DNA of 64,000 bases from Eledone cirrhosa. Taxonomy: Eukaryota. Positions 27,186 to 40,200 of the stretch are shown one piece after another. Each line of letters opens with the position of its first letter. Positions within the stretch are counted from its first letter, which is position 1. The position numbers were made by a program, and so were the translations under genes. Below the pieces are notes generated by a model. It ran no database searches, had not been told where the DNA came from, and worked only from the letters and a program-made list of their open reading frames with translations. The stretch spans positions 130,758,001 to 130,822,000 of the forward strand of contig OZ024740.1 of NCBI GenBank assembly GCA_964016885.1, written 5' to 3'.

Positions 27186-28312
27186 CCGAATGAGTGTGGT
27201 AGAGACAAGTACATATGTTGTTGAGGTGTTTAACTTTATCAATACTCTGATATGCCCAGTTCCTGGTTGGGTTGTTATTTCAATGAGGAACTAGAATCAT
27301 ATGAATTCAAACAAACGAATTTCAGCCACTAAAGGATTATTCTCCCATTGGTCAGTTGTTAGAACATTCGTCAGTCAAATGTCTATAGAAAATCGTTCTG
27401 AGCCAAGCCAATCTGTAGTTGTTGTTCTTGTTATTGTTCGGTACATCTGACCTCTATTCTTGTGTTGGTAGTGGTGTTATTGTTGGAGTCAGCTAAAAAA
27501 ATGTGATAAAGTGGTAGAAGGAATAAGCTGGTAACGGATCAAAATAAAATAAAATAATCGAAAAAAATGTGTATGTGAGTTATACCCATCTCAATGTTAT
27601 AAATATTTGTAAAATCAAACTTCCCATTGGTTAGTTTTGAGAGCATTCCTCAGTCCAAAGTCTGTAGAAATTATTTCTGGGGTGAGGCTCCCTGTAGTGT
27701 TTGTGCTTGCTATTGTTAAGTACATCAGAACTCTACCCTTATGTCGGTAGTGCTGTTGGTGTCGTGGTCAGCTTATCTCTTGCTGCTGCTGAGAATTTAG
27801 AATTATCTGTGTGTGTGTTTCTTCACCCCTCCTGCCACTATATCCCGTGGTGGTGGTGGCGTTCTGCCATGTATAGGAAAAAATAGAAGGCAATAAAATG
27901 AAGTAAACAGAAAATAAATAATAGATAGAGAATAAATTAAAAATTAATGAAAAGGTAATGAAAAAGTAATGAAAAGTGAATATGGAAAATGAAAAATGAA
28001 AATGAAAAGTGAAAAATAAAATGCAGATTCGAATAAAATAAGATAAAATGTGTGTGTGTTATAACCAATCTCAACTTAAATATAAATATAAGGTGATAAA
28101 GTGAAGAAAACAGAAAAAAATAATAATGAATAATGATAAATCAAAATTGAAAAATCAAAAATCAGGTAAATTAAAATGTGTGTCTTATAAAGATTTTGGC
28201 CGAATTATAAAGGCTCTCTCAGAATCAATCTTTAGGCTATCATGGTGTCTGCTCAGCCTGGGTTGGTCCCTATGGCTTGAGGAGAGTTCCCAACATATGG
28301 TGTTGTTACTGC

Positions 28313-30400
28313 CTATATAGCTTGAGGGAGTTCTGGCCGAGAGGTGTCTACATGTTCTGGAGAAGTACCTATAGGGCGTTCACATCTTATTGTGTTGCTA
28401 CTGTCCATATATCTTGAGGAAGGTCCGGCCCTGAGGTGTCTGCCTGTCTCGAAGAAGTCGGTTCTGAGGTTTATCAGGCCGCTTCCAACTCTTATTATCT
28501 CGAGGGTCTCGTTCAGACATAGTTTGCATATGCAAGATCCCCCTTTGTCGAGTGGTACATTCCTGATTATGGACCAGGCCAGAGAGTACGGGGTCATGTC
28601 CAGCTTAAGCTTCCAGATTAGGTCGGAGAGAGCCGCACTTTTCCATTTGGCCTCCTTATTGAAGGAATGGCGATGGTTATACCAGCGGTCATTAAAGCTC
28701 CTTGATGTTGCTCCTATGTAGAGGTGTTCGGAGTTGGGGGTTTTAACCCTACAACCGTACACTAGGTTCTTCTTAAGGCAGTCATTACCAAGGGGGCATG
28801 ATGCAGTGTTTCTGCAGTTGCAGAGGGTGGTCGACCTCTGAGTGCCTATATTGGGTTCCCGTTAGGTGTTATATGGTGGTCTTCCCCGAGGCGCGGTGGG
28901 GGGTTCCCGGGTCTGTTTGGGTTTCTTGGGTGGCCACAGGGTCCCCCCCTTCCCTCCTTTCACATCGTTCTGCTGAGTGCTTGTATTGCCATCTTCTAGT
29001 TGTGTGTGGTTTTTAAGCCTACTCCTGTTGATGCTAGATATGTGTTGGTCCAGATTTCTCGTGGTGGAACACAAGAGTTTCACAGTGTGTCTGTTGAAGA
29101 TCTTGTGGTATATATTGTACCTCGAGAGGCATTTATCAAGTACACCAAAGAATGATCGTGCCAAGCTGTTCTTTAGGGCCGCTGAGTAGTGTGGGTTGTA
29201 CCACGTCATTTTTTCTGAGTCTCCTCCTATATGTGTGGGTCGGGGGCGTCCTGAGTTGTTGGAGATTTGTTGGGTTGCTGGTGGTTCCCGCATTGTTGCT
29301 TCCCCTTTGGGCGCTATGCCTTTTGCTATCTTCACGGCCGGAATCTGTGGGGTGGTCGTTGCCCGCGCTGGGAGAGCTACCATGAGGTGCCCCCCCCCCA
29401 CACGTCTCCTCCAGTTGGGGTCGTCAGGCCAGGGTGGTTAGCATCACCCCTGAGACTGCTACTCATATTGGGTTTCAAGCCATGGTTAAGCGTACTCGTC
29501 ACCAACATGTTGGTGTCGGGCTCATGGTGCCTATTTGTTTTTTTTCTGTCTGTATTGTTAGAGTAAGCCCTTCCCCCCGGGCAACACGTGTGTGGGTGTC
29601 CGTTGGGCCATCCCCATCCCGGCGTTTCGGACTGTATGTTATATTTTGACCATGTGCCGCCTTATCTAGAGCTGCGTTGTAATATTCCGCGTTCTTATCG
29701 AATATTTCCTTACTTGCGGACAGCCTGGAGATCCTGTCCGTATCACTCTTCACCACAGCCTTGGTTATGGATCTAGGGTTGTTTGACTTGGCGTTAACAT
29801 ACACGAGTTTCTCGTTGGGCTTGTGGTAGGAGTAGTATTGTTCGGTATTCAGGTTTAGTGTCGTGTATAGGAAGTTAACTACCATTCTATTTGGGTCTAG
29901 TTCTGTACTGAGCCCCTGGTCCTTAAAGAAATGTTGTATACGCCTCCTCATTCCCTCCAACATATTGGTGCTGTGGTCATATACTGTGAAGAGAGCATCG
30001 TCACGATAAATCCGCCGCCCAGGCAGGGGATTTCATCTTTTATCTGCTTCAGCAGGAAGAACCCAACCAGGTCCGTTACCTGTGCTGAGAAGCTGGAGCC
30101 CATCGCGATGTCAAAATTATTTGGCCAATCACACTTGGTCCAAATGTCTCTATTGAAACGGATTAAGGTATTTATTGCGGCGTGGATGATGCTCACCTCC
30201 TCTCGGGTTAGGTCCGTGTTAGACATCGCTAAAAGTAGGGCCTTATTGAGTACTATGGGTGAGCTTGAGGAGTAGTGGCCTGCGATATCCAATTGTATAA
30301 AGCTGGTTTTACTTTTCTCCTGTAGTATCTTTAACCATTCTATTACCTATCCCGTCCAAAACCATTGCTGTAGTTTAGTTTCCTTGCGAAGCCATTTGAC
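28313..30400 (-). pseudogene. Naiad-type RT plus GIY-YIG, frameshifted
   Basis: MGSSFSAQVTDLVG, VNFLYTTLNL, YHKPNEKLVYV, WYNPHYS, KIFNRHTVKL, CNCRNTASCPLGNDCLKKNLVY, YIGATSRSFNDRWYNHRHSF, CKLCLNE. Confidence 0.9.
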
Positions 30401-30724
30401 GCTGCAACTCATATGATTCCAGATCCTCAGTGAATTAGCAACCCAACCAGGAACTGGACATATCAGATTATTGACTAAATTATACACCTCAATAACATGT
30501 GTATTCGTCTCTACCACACTAATTCGGACTGCATGAAGAGGTCACAGCCAAATATGGCTGTCACCAAAATATATATAGCAGTAATAAACGAAGCCAAATT
30601 TTAAGCATTTGACTTATTTATTTTACATTATTCCGGAGAAACCAAACCAACCTGCGCATTTCGTCGAGTGCTCCAATCTGCATACTGAGGTGTTGGTTTA
30701 CAACCAACATATACTCAAAATTCA

Positions 30725-30791
<67 letters not shown>

Positions 30792-33700
30792 TTTCTAGGT
30801 GATAATAATACATCGTGCGCATATTATTCGTTATCGATCTATGTAGAGTTAGTTACACAATATCAAATAAGGAATATATTAACCTACATGTATATCATCA
30901 GACGTTGTCTGAAGCAATGACAATTTTATTCAAAATCAATATTAAATTGAGGTATATGACCTTATATGGAGGTAGCTGAGGAACAAACCAATCAAATGTT
31001 TTTTTTACCATATGATGTTAAGGTGAAATATAACTCACTTTAGTTGAGGTCATGGCCCTTGAAAGGAATGGTTGAATGGTGTTAAAAATAGAATTACTAT
31101 AAATAACCTATGAAGAAAATGGAATTGATATATTGATAAGGGATTGAGTGAAGTTTAAAAAGGAATGTAAAAATTAAATGTTGAGTATTGGTGTATGGAA
31201 TTTTTAGGTGAATATAAATAAGTAAATATAAAATATACAGACATACCTAGGCTAAATATAGATAGGTAAAGATATGGTCATAAATAGGAAGGATAGTATA
31301 TTAAAAGATGAAAATTATAATAAGATAATAAAATATAATAATATAATAATATAATAAACTGTAATATAATATAGTACAGTATGGTATATTGTATATAGTA
31401 TAATATAGCGCATGATGCATCATAAAATATAAAATAGTAAATATGTTCAAGTGGGTCTATGTATAAGTAATCAAACTCAGATAAATGCATGTTGACATAT
31501 AGTCAAAATGAATAATTTTCTTAGTTCATAAAAGTACATATATTCACATATATAGATAGAAGTACAATTACATAGATACTCCTTTAAAAACATACATACG
31601 CATACGTAGATATAAACATATACAAATACATACATACACGCAAATAAACATATATATGTATATATATATATATATATATCATAAATGATGTCCATATAAT
31701 CATTTGATAAAATGTATACACTATTTCCTTTCCCAATTAGCATAATTAACCACATAAAAAAGCAATTAGACCAGGCTATAAGGATAAAGGCTCCTATGAA
31801 GAAATATTTGATAAATAAACGATGCAGCCTCTTCGCGGCCGACCGCAATAGAATATTTACCCAACATTTCAACAGCATGTAGAAATCGACTAAATATACT
31901 TTCAACCATACACTATTAGGTATACATTTAAAGTTAGAAGAAATTCCTACACTCTTATATATATATACACATATACATACCTATATACATGTACACACAC
32001 ATACATGTACATACACATATACACACAGATACACATATACCCGCATATATATATATACACTTGTATATATATTCTCTTATCATAGATACATAGATACATG
32101 TATACCTATGCAATTACAGGTGGTTATGTACCTTGATTCCCTTAGACAGTAACGCATGAATCTATGGAAGCTAAACAATTAAAAGGTTAACAAATAAAAA
32201 AATCAACAGGAAGGCGTATAATTAGGGGAAGGGGATAATAACAAATTATACGTCACATAGAACTATAGTGAGTTGCTATTTAGAATGTTTAATCAGATTT
32301 ATAGTACTTAAATGTTTTTTCGTATACGGTGATTACAAGCTATAATCAGTCCTGTCTTTTATGCAATAAATCGTCCTTAGATTTAGTAATTTCCAATATC
32401 TCCTCGGAACATAATCTGCATTCTCTCCTGTTCGAAATATATGGAGTTATTTGCAGAATGGTATTTCACGATAGCTAAAATCTACGTTTTGCTGTTTACA
32501 GTTATTTACTGCTTCAGCTAAATATGTGGTGTTAGCTTGTTTAGTATTGTTAAAGCTACTGGAGTGTGCGTAATATATTTTCTTAAATGTGTTCGATGTA
32601 GATCCTATATATGATTTGTTGGAGTCAGTAGTAGACACAGTGCATGTATATATTACATTATTAATCAAACAGTTGCCATTTAATGGGCAAACGCTTCTAT
32701 TTCTGCAATTACAACCATAAGTAAGATGGTTATTGGGGGTAACTACATAATTCTCATTAATCCTTGAGCTATTATTATTGTAATTCATGTTAGAGAGAGA
32801 ATGAGTGATGCTTTGTGGGCGATTTAGTGCTGGGGATGTATTGTGATATTGTGTTATGTTGTTTTTGTGTTGGTGATTTGGGTGGTTGTGTTTTCCAGGT
32901 TGAAGGATTGTATTATTTGTCCTTTTAAATGGTGCGCTCTTATTTAAATTATGTTGTGGTGGTGTGGTCATATTATTTTTAAATTTATAAATGTTGTAGT
33001 TGCATATTCTTTGCTAGAGATTGTTTGATGTAGAGTATGAGAATTTAACAGTATACCTGTTAAATATTTGGAGGTATCTGTGGTTTGGTGGAAAGGGTTT
33101 ATGTAGAATTTCGATGAATTGTTTTGGGATTTGTCCAATAGTTTGCAGGTTGAAGAGTGCGTTGTACTATGTTATGTTTCTTTTGCGGTTTTTAGTTAAG
33201 TTCTTATGTCCACTTATATTAATGTGCTGTGTTCTAGAAGAGTTCTTATGGATAGTGTTTGCATTTGTAGAATTTGGTAAATTGCAGTTGTTGTATTTGG
33301 TGTTATTATTGGGTAGATTATGAGAGGTTGAATGTTTGGTAGTCATATGTGAGTTGTTAACATTGGTCATATATCGTGTAGTAATAGTTGGTTTGGTTTT
33401 TCGATTGTTTGGTGTGATAGGAATGACCCCATTAAGCATTTGTTTCGATGGTATTTTGGGGTATTTGTAGTTTTTGCTAGGTTTATTAGTATGGTCCATA
33501 GTAATGTTGGGATATATGCAATTGTTTATTTATATCCACTTTTAGTTAGGGCTTCGATGTAGAAGGGTGCATTTTTATAAAATATATCCTCATTTGAAGA
33601 TAATTTAGAAAGTCTAAGAGATATGTTATATACTAATTTGTTGAGTATAGAGCCAGGGTGGTTAGAACCTGAATGTACATAGTGTAGATTCAGTTTGGGT

Positions 33701-34496
33701 TTGTGGTAAGGTTGATAATTATTCGTAGAGAGGTCTAAGGTAACGTCAAGGAAGTTAGCTACTTTTGAGGTGATGTTAAGGTTGTAATAGTCATTGAGGA
33801 ATTTTCTAATTTGGTTTTTGTTTTTCTTCATATTAGAATTGCTAAGATTGTTAGATATCAATAGACAATCATTCCGATAAAGACAACCATTCAGTAGATT
33901 TAACAATACTAAACTAGCTAACACACATATTTAGCTGAAGCAGTAAACAAATAGATTTCTAGCTATCGTGGAATACCATTCTACAAAGAACTCCATATCT
34001 TGGGAACAGGAAAGAATGAAGATTATGTTCCGAGGATATCTTGGAAATTACTAAATCTAAGGGCGATTAATTGTATAAAACACAGAAACTGATTATAGCT
34101 TGTAATCATCGTATACGAAAAACATGTAAGTACTATAAACCTAATTAAACATTCTAAACAGCAACTAAATATAGTTCTATGTGGCGTACCATTTGTTAGT
34201 ACCTCTTCCCCTAAGTATACGCCTTCCGGTTTATTTTTTTTTTATTTTTCAACCGTTTAAATTTTGAGCTTCCATAGATTCATGCGTTACTGACTAAGGG
34301 CATCAAGGTTTATAACCACTTGTTATTGCATGTGTATACATGTACCTACGTATGTATGATAAGAGAATATATATATATGTTTATATATATAAATGTGTGT
34401 ATATGTATATGTGCGTGTATATGTATATGTGTATGTACATGTATGTGTGTGTACATGTATATAAGTATAAGTGTGTATATATATATATATATATAT

Positions 34497-34925
34497 AACG
34501 AAGGAAATGTGGTAAAGAACCAGGTGGACCATAACGCACCAAAGTACTCAATACTTAGGGTAGTAGAGTGGGTAATAGGAACAAGACTTACTTACCGCTT
34601 CGACCTCCTCCCCCTCCCCCTCCCCAGTATCTTCTTTGACCTCACACCCAGCTGCAGCTGGCACTACCAACGCATGAATGGGTCTACTCCACCCCCTCTC
34701 CCTTTTTCTCCTACCGGCAGGTTTAGCTACCCCTTCCCCCACCAATTTGCCATCACAGATTTACTACTGACTTGTGATGTGACCAATCCTGGTGATTATC
34801 AGTTTGACCATATATGGAATTACCCCTTGATAAGCTCGGCTATTTAAATACCAGAATAAATTTTCATTCAGTACAGAATTAGCCGTCGAAACGGCTTGAG
34901 CTCAGCCGTCGGGGTCTTACTTGTT

Positions 34926-34930
<5 letters not shown>
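34497..34930 (+). mobile_element. Short PLE terminal fragment nested in (TA)n
   Basis: Contains a complete HHR. ATAGGAACAAG (34575-34585) is inverted to CTTGTTCCTAT (34920-34930). Absent from the left arm of the host element. Confidence 0.7.
34822..34915 (+). ncRNA. Type I hammerhead with U3:A8 core and stable stem III
   Basis: ACCCC-TTGATAA-gctCGGCTA...TAGCCGtc-GAAA-CGGCT tgagctc AGCCG-TC-GGGGT. Confidence 0.85.
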
Positions 34931-34980
<50 letters not shown>

Positions 34981-35136
34981 ATATTTGGGGAGGGTCATAT
35001 TTGCGTAATATTGCCAGAATGAATATCAGAACACACTCACTGTTTGGTTGGTTTTCGCTTCTCGCTGTCTTTTATATATATATATCTGCGATCTAACTTA
35101 CTCGGTCCTCAATGTTGCCATTGACTGACCGGCGGT

Positions 35137-35190
<54 letters not shown>

Positions 35191-35511
35191 TGGGTTCGTG
35201 TATGTATGTATTTGTATATGTTTATATCTATGTATGCGTATGTATTTTTTTAATGGAGTATCTACGTAATTATACCTCTATCAATATATGTGAATATATG
35301 TACCTTTCTTATCTTAGAAAATTATGCGTTTTGACTATATGTCAACATGCATTTATCTGAGTTTGTTTACTTATGTATAGACCCACTTGAAAATATTTAC
35401 TATTTTATGTTTTATGATGCCTCATACGCTATATTATACTATATACAATGTACAATACTGTACTATATTATATTACATTATATTATATTATTATATTATT
35501 CTTATATTATT

Positions 35512-35700
35512 AGGGCGGTGGATTGGCAGTATCGGTAGACGATTTGCCGCCATGCTTTCCAGCATAGTTGCGTCCCTTTATGATCTGAGTTCAAATCCCG
35601 CCGAGGTTGACTTTGCCTTTCATCCTTACGGGGTCGATAAAATGAAGTACCAGTAATGCACTGGGTAATTGCTGGCCTTGTGCCTAAAGTAGAAACAATT
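35512..35700 (+). mobile_element. tRNA-derived SINE (Octopus OR1-like), full length
   Basis: A box TGGCAGTATCGG, B box GAGTTCAAATCC, body GCCGAGGTTGACTTTGCCTTTCATCC..GGGGTCGATAAA..AGTACCAG. Second copy at 51283-51461. Confidence 0.88.
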
Positions 35701-36257
35701 ATATTATATCTTATTATAATTTTAATATACTATCCTTCCTAGGTATGACCATTACTTTACCTATCTATATTTACCCTAGTTATTTCTCTATATTTTATAT
35801 TTAATTATGTGTATTCACCTAAAGATTCCATACAACACAACTCAACATTTAATCTTTACATTCATTTTTAAACTTCACTCCCCCATCTACATTCCACTAT
35901 CAATATAACAATTCCTCTTTCTTCATAGGTTCTTTATAGTAATTCTATTTTTACCACCATTCAACCATTCCTTTCAAAGTAAGTTATATTTCATCTTTGA
36001 TTGGTTTGTTCCTCAGCTACCTCCAAATAAGGTCATAGAACTCAATTTACTATTGATTTTGAATAAAATGTTCACTGCATTTGACAACGGCTGAAGATAT
36101 ACATGTAGGTAAATATATTCCTTATTTAATATTTTGTAACTAACCCTACATAGATCGATAACAAAGTATGCGTACGATGTATTATTATCACCTAGAAACG
36201 ATCTTAAAGCAATGAAGTATATTTCTAATGACTTTAATTTTTATTTCATTGTTTTAA

Positions 36258-36306
<49 letters not shown>

Positions 36307-36448
36307 TATATATATATATCATGACTCTGTTTTCCTTTTGATGTTATATTGTTTTCCTAGATTTATTTTAACCTACAACATTTTCAACATATGGATTACA
36401 TTGAGTTCTTCATGCAGACTAGACCCCACAACTAACCGTGGATATTTC

Positions 36449-36479
<31 letters not shown>

Positions 36480-37281
36480 TTTATTTTTTTTTTGTTGAAA
36501 ATTATTTATTAACAATTTCAGTCTTTAGGTTCATGTTTCAGGCCGACGGCACATCCCGCTGCATTTGAAACTTTTGAGTGACAAATACGATAAATTTAAT
36601 TTAAAATTAAAGCGAAATAAATGTCTACAGTCTAATATTCTTTCGTGCATGTCATACATTTAATTCAAACTTATATATGAGACCAGCATATTTGGGGGAG
36701 GTACATATTTCTTTCAATCACCACTGGCAATTCATTTATTTATAGGATGGAAAGCATAGTTGATCTCATAATGATTTTCTATTAAGAATCTAAAGAGCCA
36801 CAGAAAATACAGCAATGAAATTTCATTCGATTACTCTCAAAGTCTGCTAAACCACTCATTTTGTATTTGTTCTTAAGATAATATTTTCTAATTGAATAGG
36901 ATAATTTCTGAAATGAACAAAACAAATACACTTATTATAAGAATGTAATATATATCATGTATATAATAAAAAAAAATGTTGTATGTTTCATCTGATAAAT
37001 AATGAATATGATATTAATATTGATACGGCGAAAACATAATATCGGTTTTAGTTGTATTTCTGAATGAACAGAATCATTGGAATACGACAAAAAGGTTCAA
37101 ATGCAGGCATATTCAGGATACACTTAGATATTTTTGTTGGATATATATTTGAGCGTGTTTTGAGCGTGTTTATAATTCGTATATGCTTTTTCTTTCACTT
37201 GAAGCAGCACGTAGATGGTCTGTTAGCATAACTATTGAATTATCTCTCTCTCTCTCTCACTCTGTATATATATATATATAT

Positions 37282-40200
37282 AATATTATAATGACATGAC
37301 AGGAGGCTGGATTTGTGTAAATCCTTGAAAGGTTTATTATACTATGATCATTTCAATGACCGGGTTCCGTATGAATCCGGTGATATCATCAGTTATTCGA
37401 AATATAATACGTGAATGTAATAGATAAAATCCATGGGGCTGAAAATCGGGGACCCGAGGGCGACCGCTATTCTGTTCCTTCAACCTCAGCCGGTCGCCCT
37501 GGAGTGAAGTGGCTAAAATTTATAGTATGCTACTTCCGGTCAGATATAGGCAAGCAAGAGGGGGACGGAAGATAAGTCTGCGGGAGGAAGACAGGAGGAG
37601 GGGAGAAGAGAAGGAAGGGAAGAGAGAAGTAGAAAAGTAAGGGTTGATGGCTACAAGAAGGAAGATAGAATGAAAGAGGAAGAAAGGTCGATATTAATGT
37701 CAGACCAGTCAAGCCAGGAGTGGCGCGAGAAAATGTTCACAGGGACCCGCATCTTAGCAGAGATGAATATATTGGGAGTCAGTGTGTTACAGTGTTTAGA
37801 CTTCTAGGATGAAGTTAAAAAAATTAATAATCGATATTCAATATTAAAGAGGTTAGAAAATTTAAAGTTCAACAGTTTAACATTTAATTATATAATAGTT
37901 CCGATTTGTTCTGTAATTTAAAGGAACTATGTGGCGGTTAAAACACCGGCCGCGCCCCGAGCCCCATGGCTAATTAAGCTACGCCGATTATTTTCATTTA
38001 CTGAAAGAAGGTGACATTTATTTGTCCAAGCACTCCAGGTGAGCTCGTTCGCCAGGGAGTTGGTCGCGCCGCCGCCAAAGCCCACCCAACGGTCCGACAG
38101 AAAGTTGGAACTTTAGAATTTTGCTTAACTCTATCGGATGAAGTTGAAAGAATTCAGAATAACATTATAAAACTAAGGAGTAAGAAGATTGAGAATTAAA
38201 CAAATAGAAAATTGAAGATTAAACACTCAAATAACTTCTATGAGGTTTTGGGTTGCGGGGTTTAATTAAATAGAGTCTTTTATGAAGAAACGTTAATTAT
38301 ATTATGTAGATCTGTAATTTATCCTAGTGGGAGGTAGAGTACGGGATACAGTCGTGTAATGTTTAATTTTTGGTCTCCGGAGGAGACATTTCTAGTGTCG
38401 TGTGCTAATGGGTACAGGTCCCAATGTGAGGAGTAGAAATACATGGATACATAGAAGTGGAATACGTGGAAGAGCACATTGGTACAGCAGAGGTATAAAT
38501 ATATAAACATATCAATATATAGGTATAAACATGTAAATAAACCAACAAGAGTGGTGTTGGAGTAAGATGGAGAAATCAGGACATAGGAGAATTACAATAT
38601 AGTTCAGGTTGCAGTATTTATGTTCCGGGCGGTGGGGGCAATCATGTGTCGTGTGCTAAGGGTGCACGCGAGTAAAAGTCCGAATAAGGGGAGTAAAAAG
38701 TACATGGATGTATAGAGGTAGAGTACGTGGAAAGACATTAATACAGCAAACAAAGATGTGAAGATATAGATAAACAAACAATAGTCGTTGTCTAGTAAAT
38801 GTAGAGTTCAAGACACAGGAGAAATACAATATAGTTCAGGTTGCGGTATTTATGTTCCCAGGGGGAGATATTCCAGTGACGTGTGCTAAGGGTACACGCG
38901 AGTAAAGGTCCGAATAAGGGAAGTAGAAAGTACATGGATGTATAGAGGTAGAATACTTGGAGGAGCATTAATACAGCAAATAAAGATGTAAAGATATAAA
39001 TAAACAAACAAGAGTCGTTGTCTATTAAATGGAGAGTTCAAGACACAGGAGAAATACAATATAGTTCAAGTTGCAGTCAGATAATGCATATAGATGTGGA
39101 AACTGTGTGTGTTCGAGTCTGGGAGTTCAGTGTGAGTTATACATGCCCAGAAGTATAGGGTAGCCATTTAGTTAATACAGTGCAGTACAATACATGTTAT
39201 GGTCTAGTCCGTGGAGTTTCGTCGAAGTTCGGATATTCTGTGAGGGGAGTAGCAATGGGCCAGGCGAAAACACCGAGTAGCCAAAGTTCGAATTGTGGTT
39301 AGATATACTCAGTCCCATGCCGCTGTTCATTATTACATTTTGAAGTGCTCAACATTTCAGGAGCATTGTTTATTCAGGTTTGAGGTTCACCACTGTATAG
39401 AGCTGGTCTATTCCGTATGGTCAATCGTAATGCAATAATATAGAGAGTACTCAACGTAAAGCAGTTCAAACGTCTTTGTTTTTTGTAGTTGGTGGTGCTA
39501 TTACGGAGTTAAATATTATAATGACATGACAGGAGGCTGGATTTGTGTAAATCCTTGAAAGGTTTATTATACTATGATCATTTCAATGACCGGGTTCCGT
39601 ATGAATCCGGTGATATCATCAGGTATTCGAAATATAATACGTGAATGTAATAGATAAAATCCATGGGGCTGAAAATCGGGGACCCGAGGGCGACCGCTAT
39701 TCTGTTCCTTCAACCTCAGCCGGTCGCCCTGGAGTGACGTGGCTAAAATTTATAGTATGCTACTACCGGTCAGATAAACGAAAACAGAAAGGGATGGGAG
39801 CATAAGTTAACTTCGATCTCATGACACAAGGTAAAAGAGAGAAAGAAAGGAAGGAGAGAGAAGAAGGGGGAAGAAAGAAGAAGAGAAGCCAGGGTTAATG
39901 TCAGCTAAAAGAAGAAAGGCAACTACTACCGGTCAGATATAGGCAAGCAAGAGGGGGACGGAAGATAAGTCTGCGGGAGGAAGACAGGAGGAGGGGAGAA
40001 GAGAAGGAAGGGAAGAGAGAAGTAGAAAAGTAAGGGTTGATGGCTACAAGAAGGAAGATAGAATGAAAGAGGAAGAAAGGTCGATATTAATGTCAGACCA
40101 GTCAAGCCAGGAGTGGCGCGAGAAAATGTTCACAGGGACCCGCATCTTAGCAGAGGTGAATATATTGGGAGTCAGTATGTTACAGTGTTTAGACTTCTAG

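Larger units (their letters stand above)
27085..30625 (-). mobile_element. 5'-truncated Naiad-type PLE 5 with inverted terminal pLTRs
   Basis: RT and GIY-YIG remnants at 28313-30400. 27095-27307 is inverted to 30404-30625, and each arm carries an HHR. Confidence 0.9.
30787..36260 (-). mobile_element. 5'-truncated Naiad-type PLE 6 with ~1.75-kb inverted arms
   Basis: Coding remnants 32330-33924 (LYRNDCL, ANFLDVTLDL, SNHP, CNCRNRSVCPLNGNCL, YIGSTSNTFK). 30787-32530 is inverted to 33920-36205, and the right arm holds later insertions. Confidence 0.88.

Noticed and set aside
13983-33924. Selenocysteine recoding, which is known in some Naiad PLEs
   Set aside because: In the elements I translated, the Cys positions that are retained use TGT/TGC codons. 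I saw no in-frame TGA at Cys sites and no convincing SECIS.
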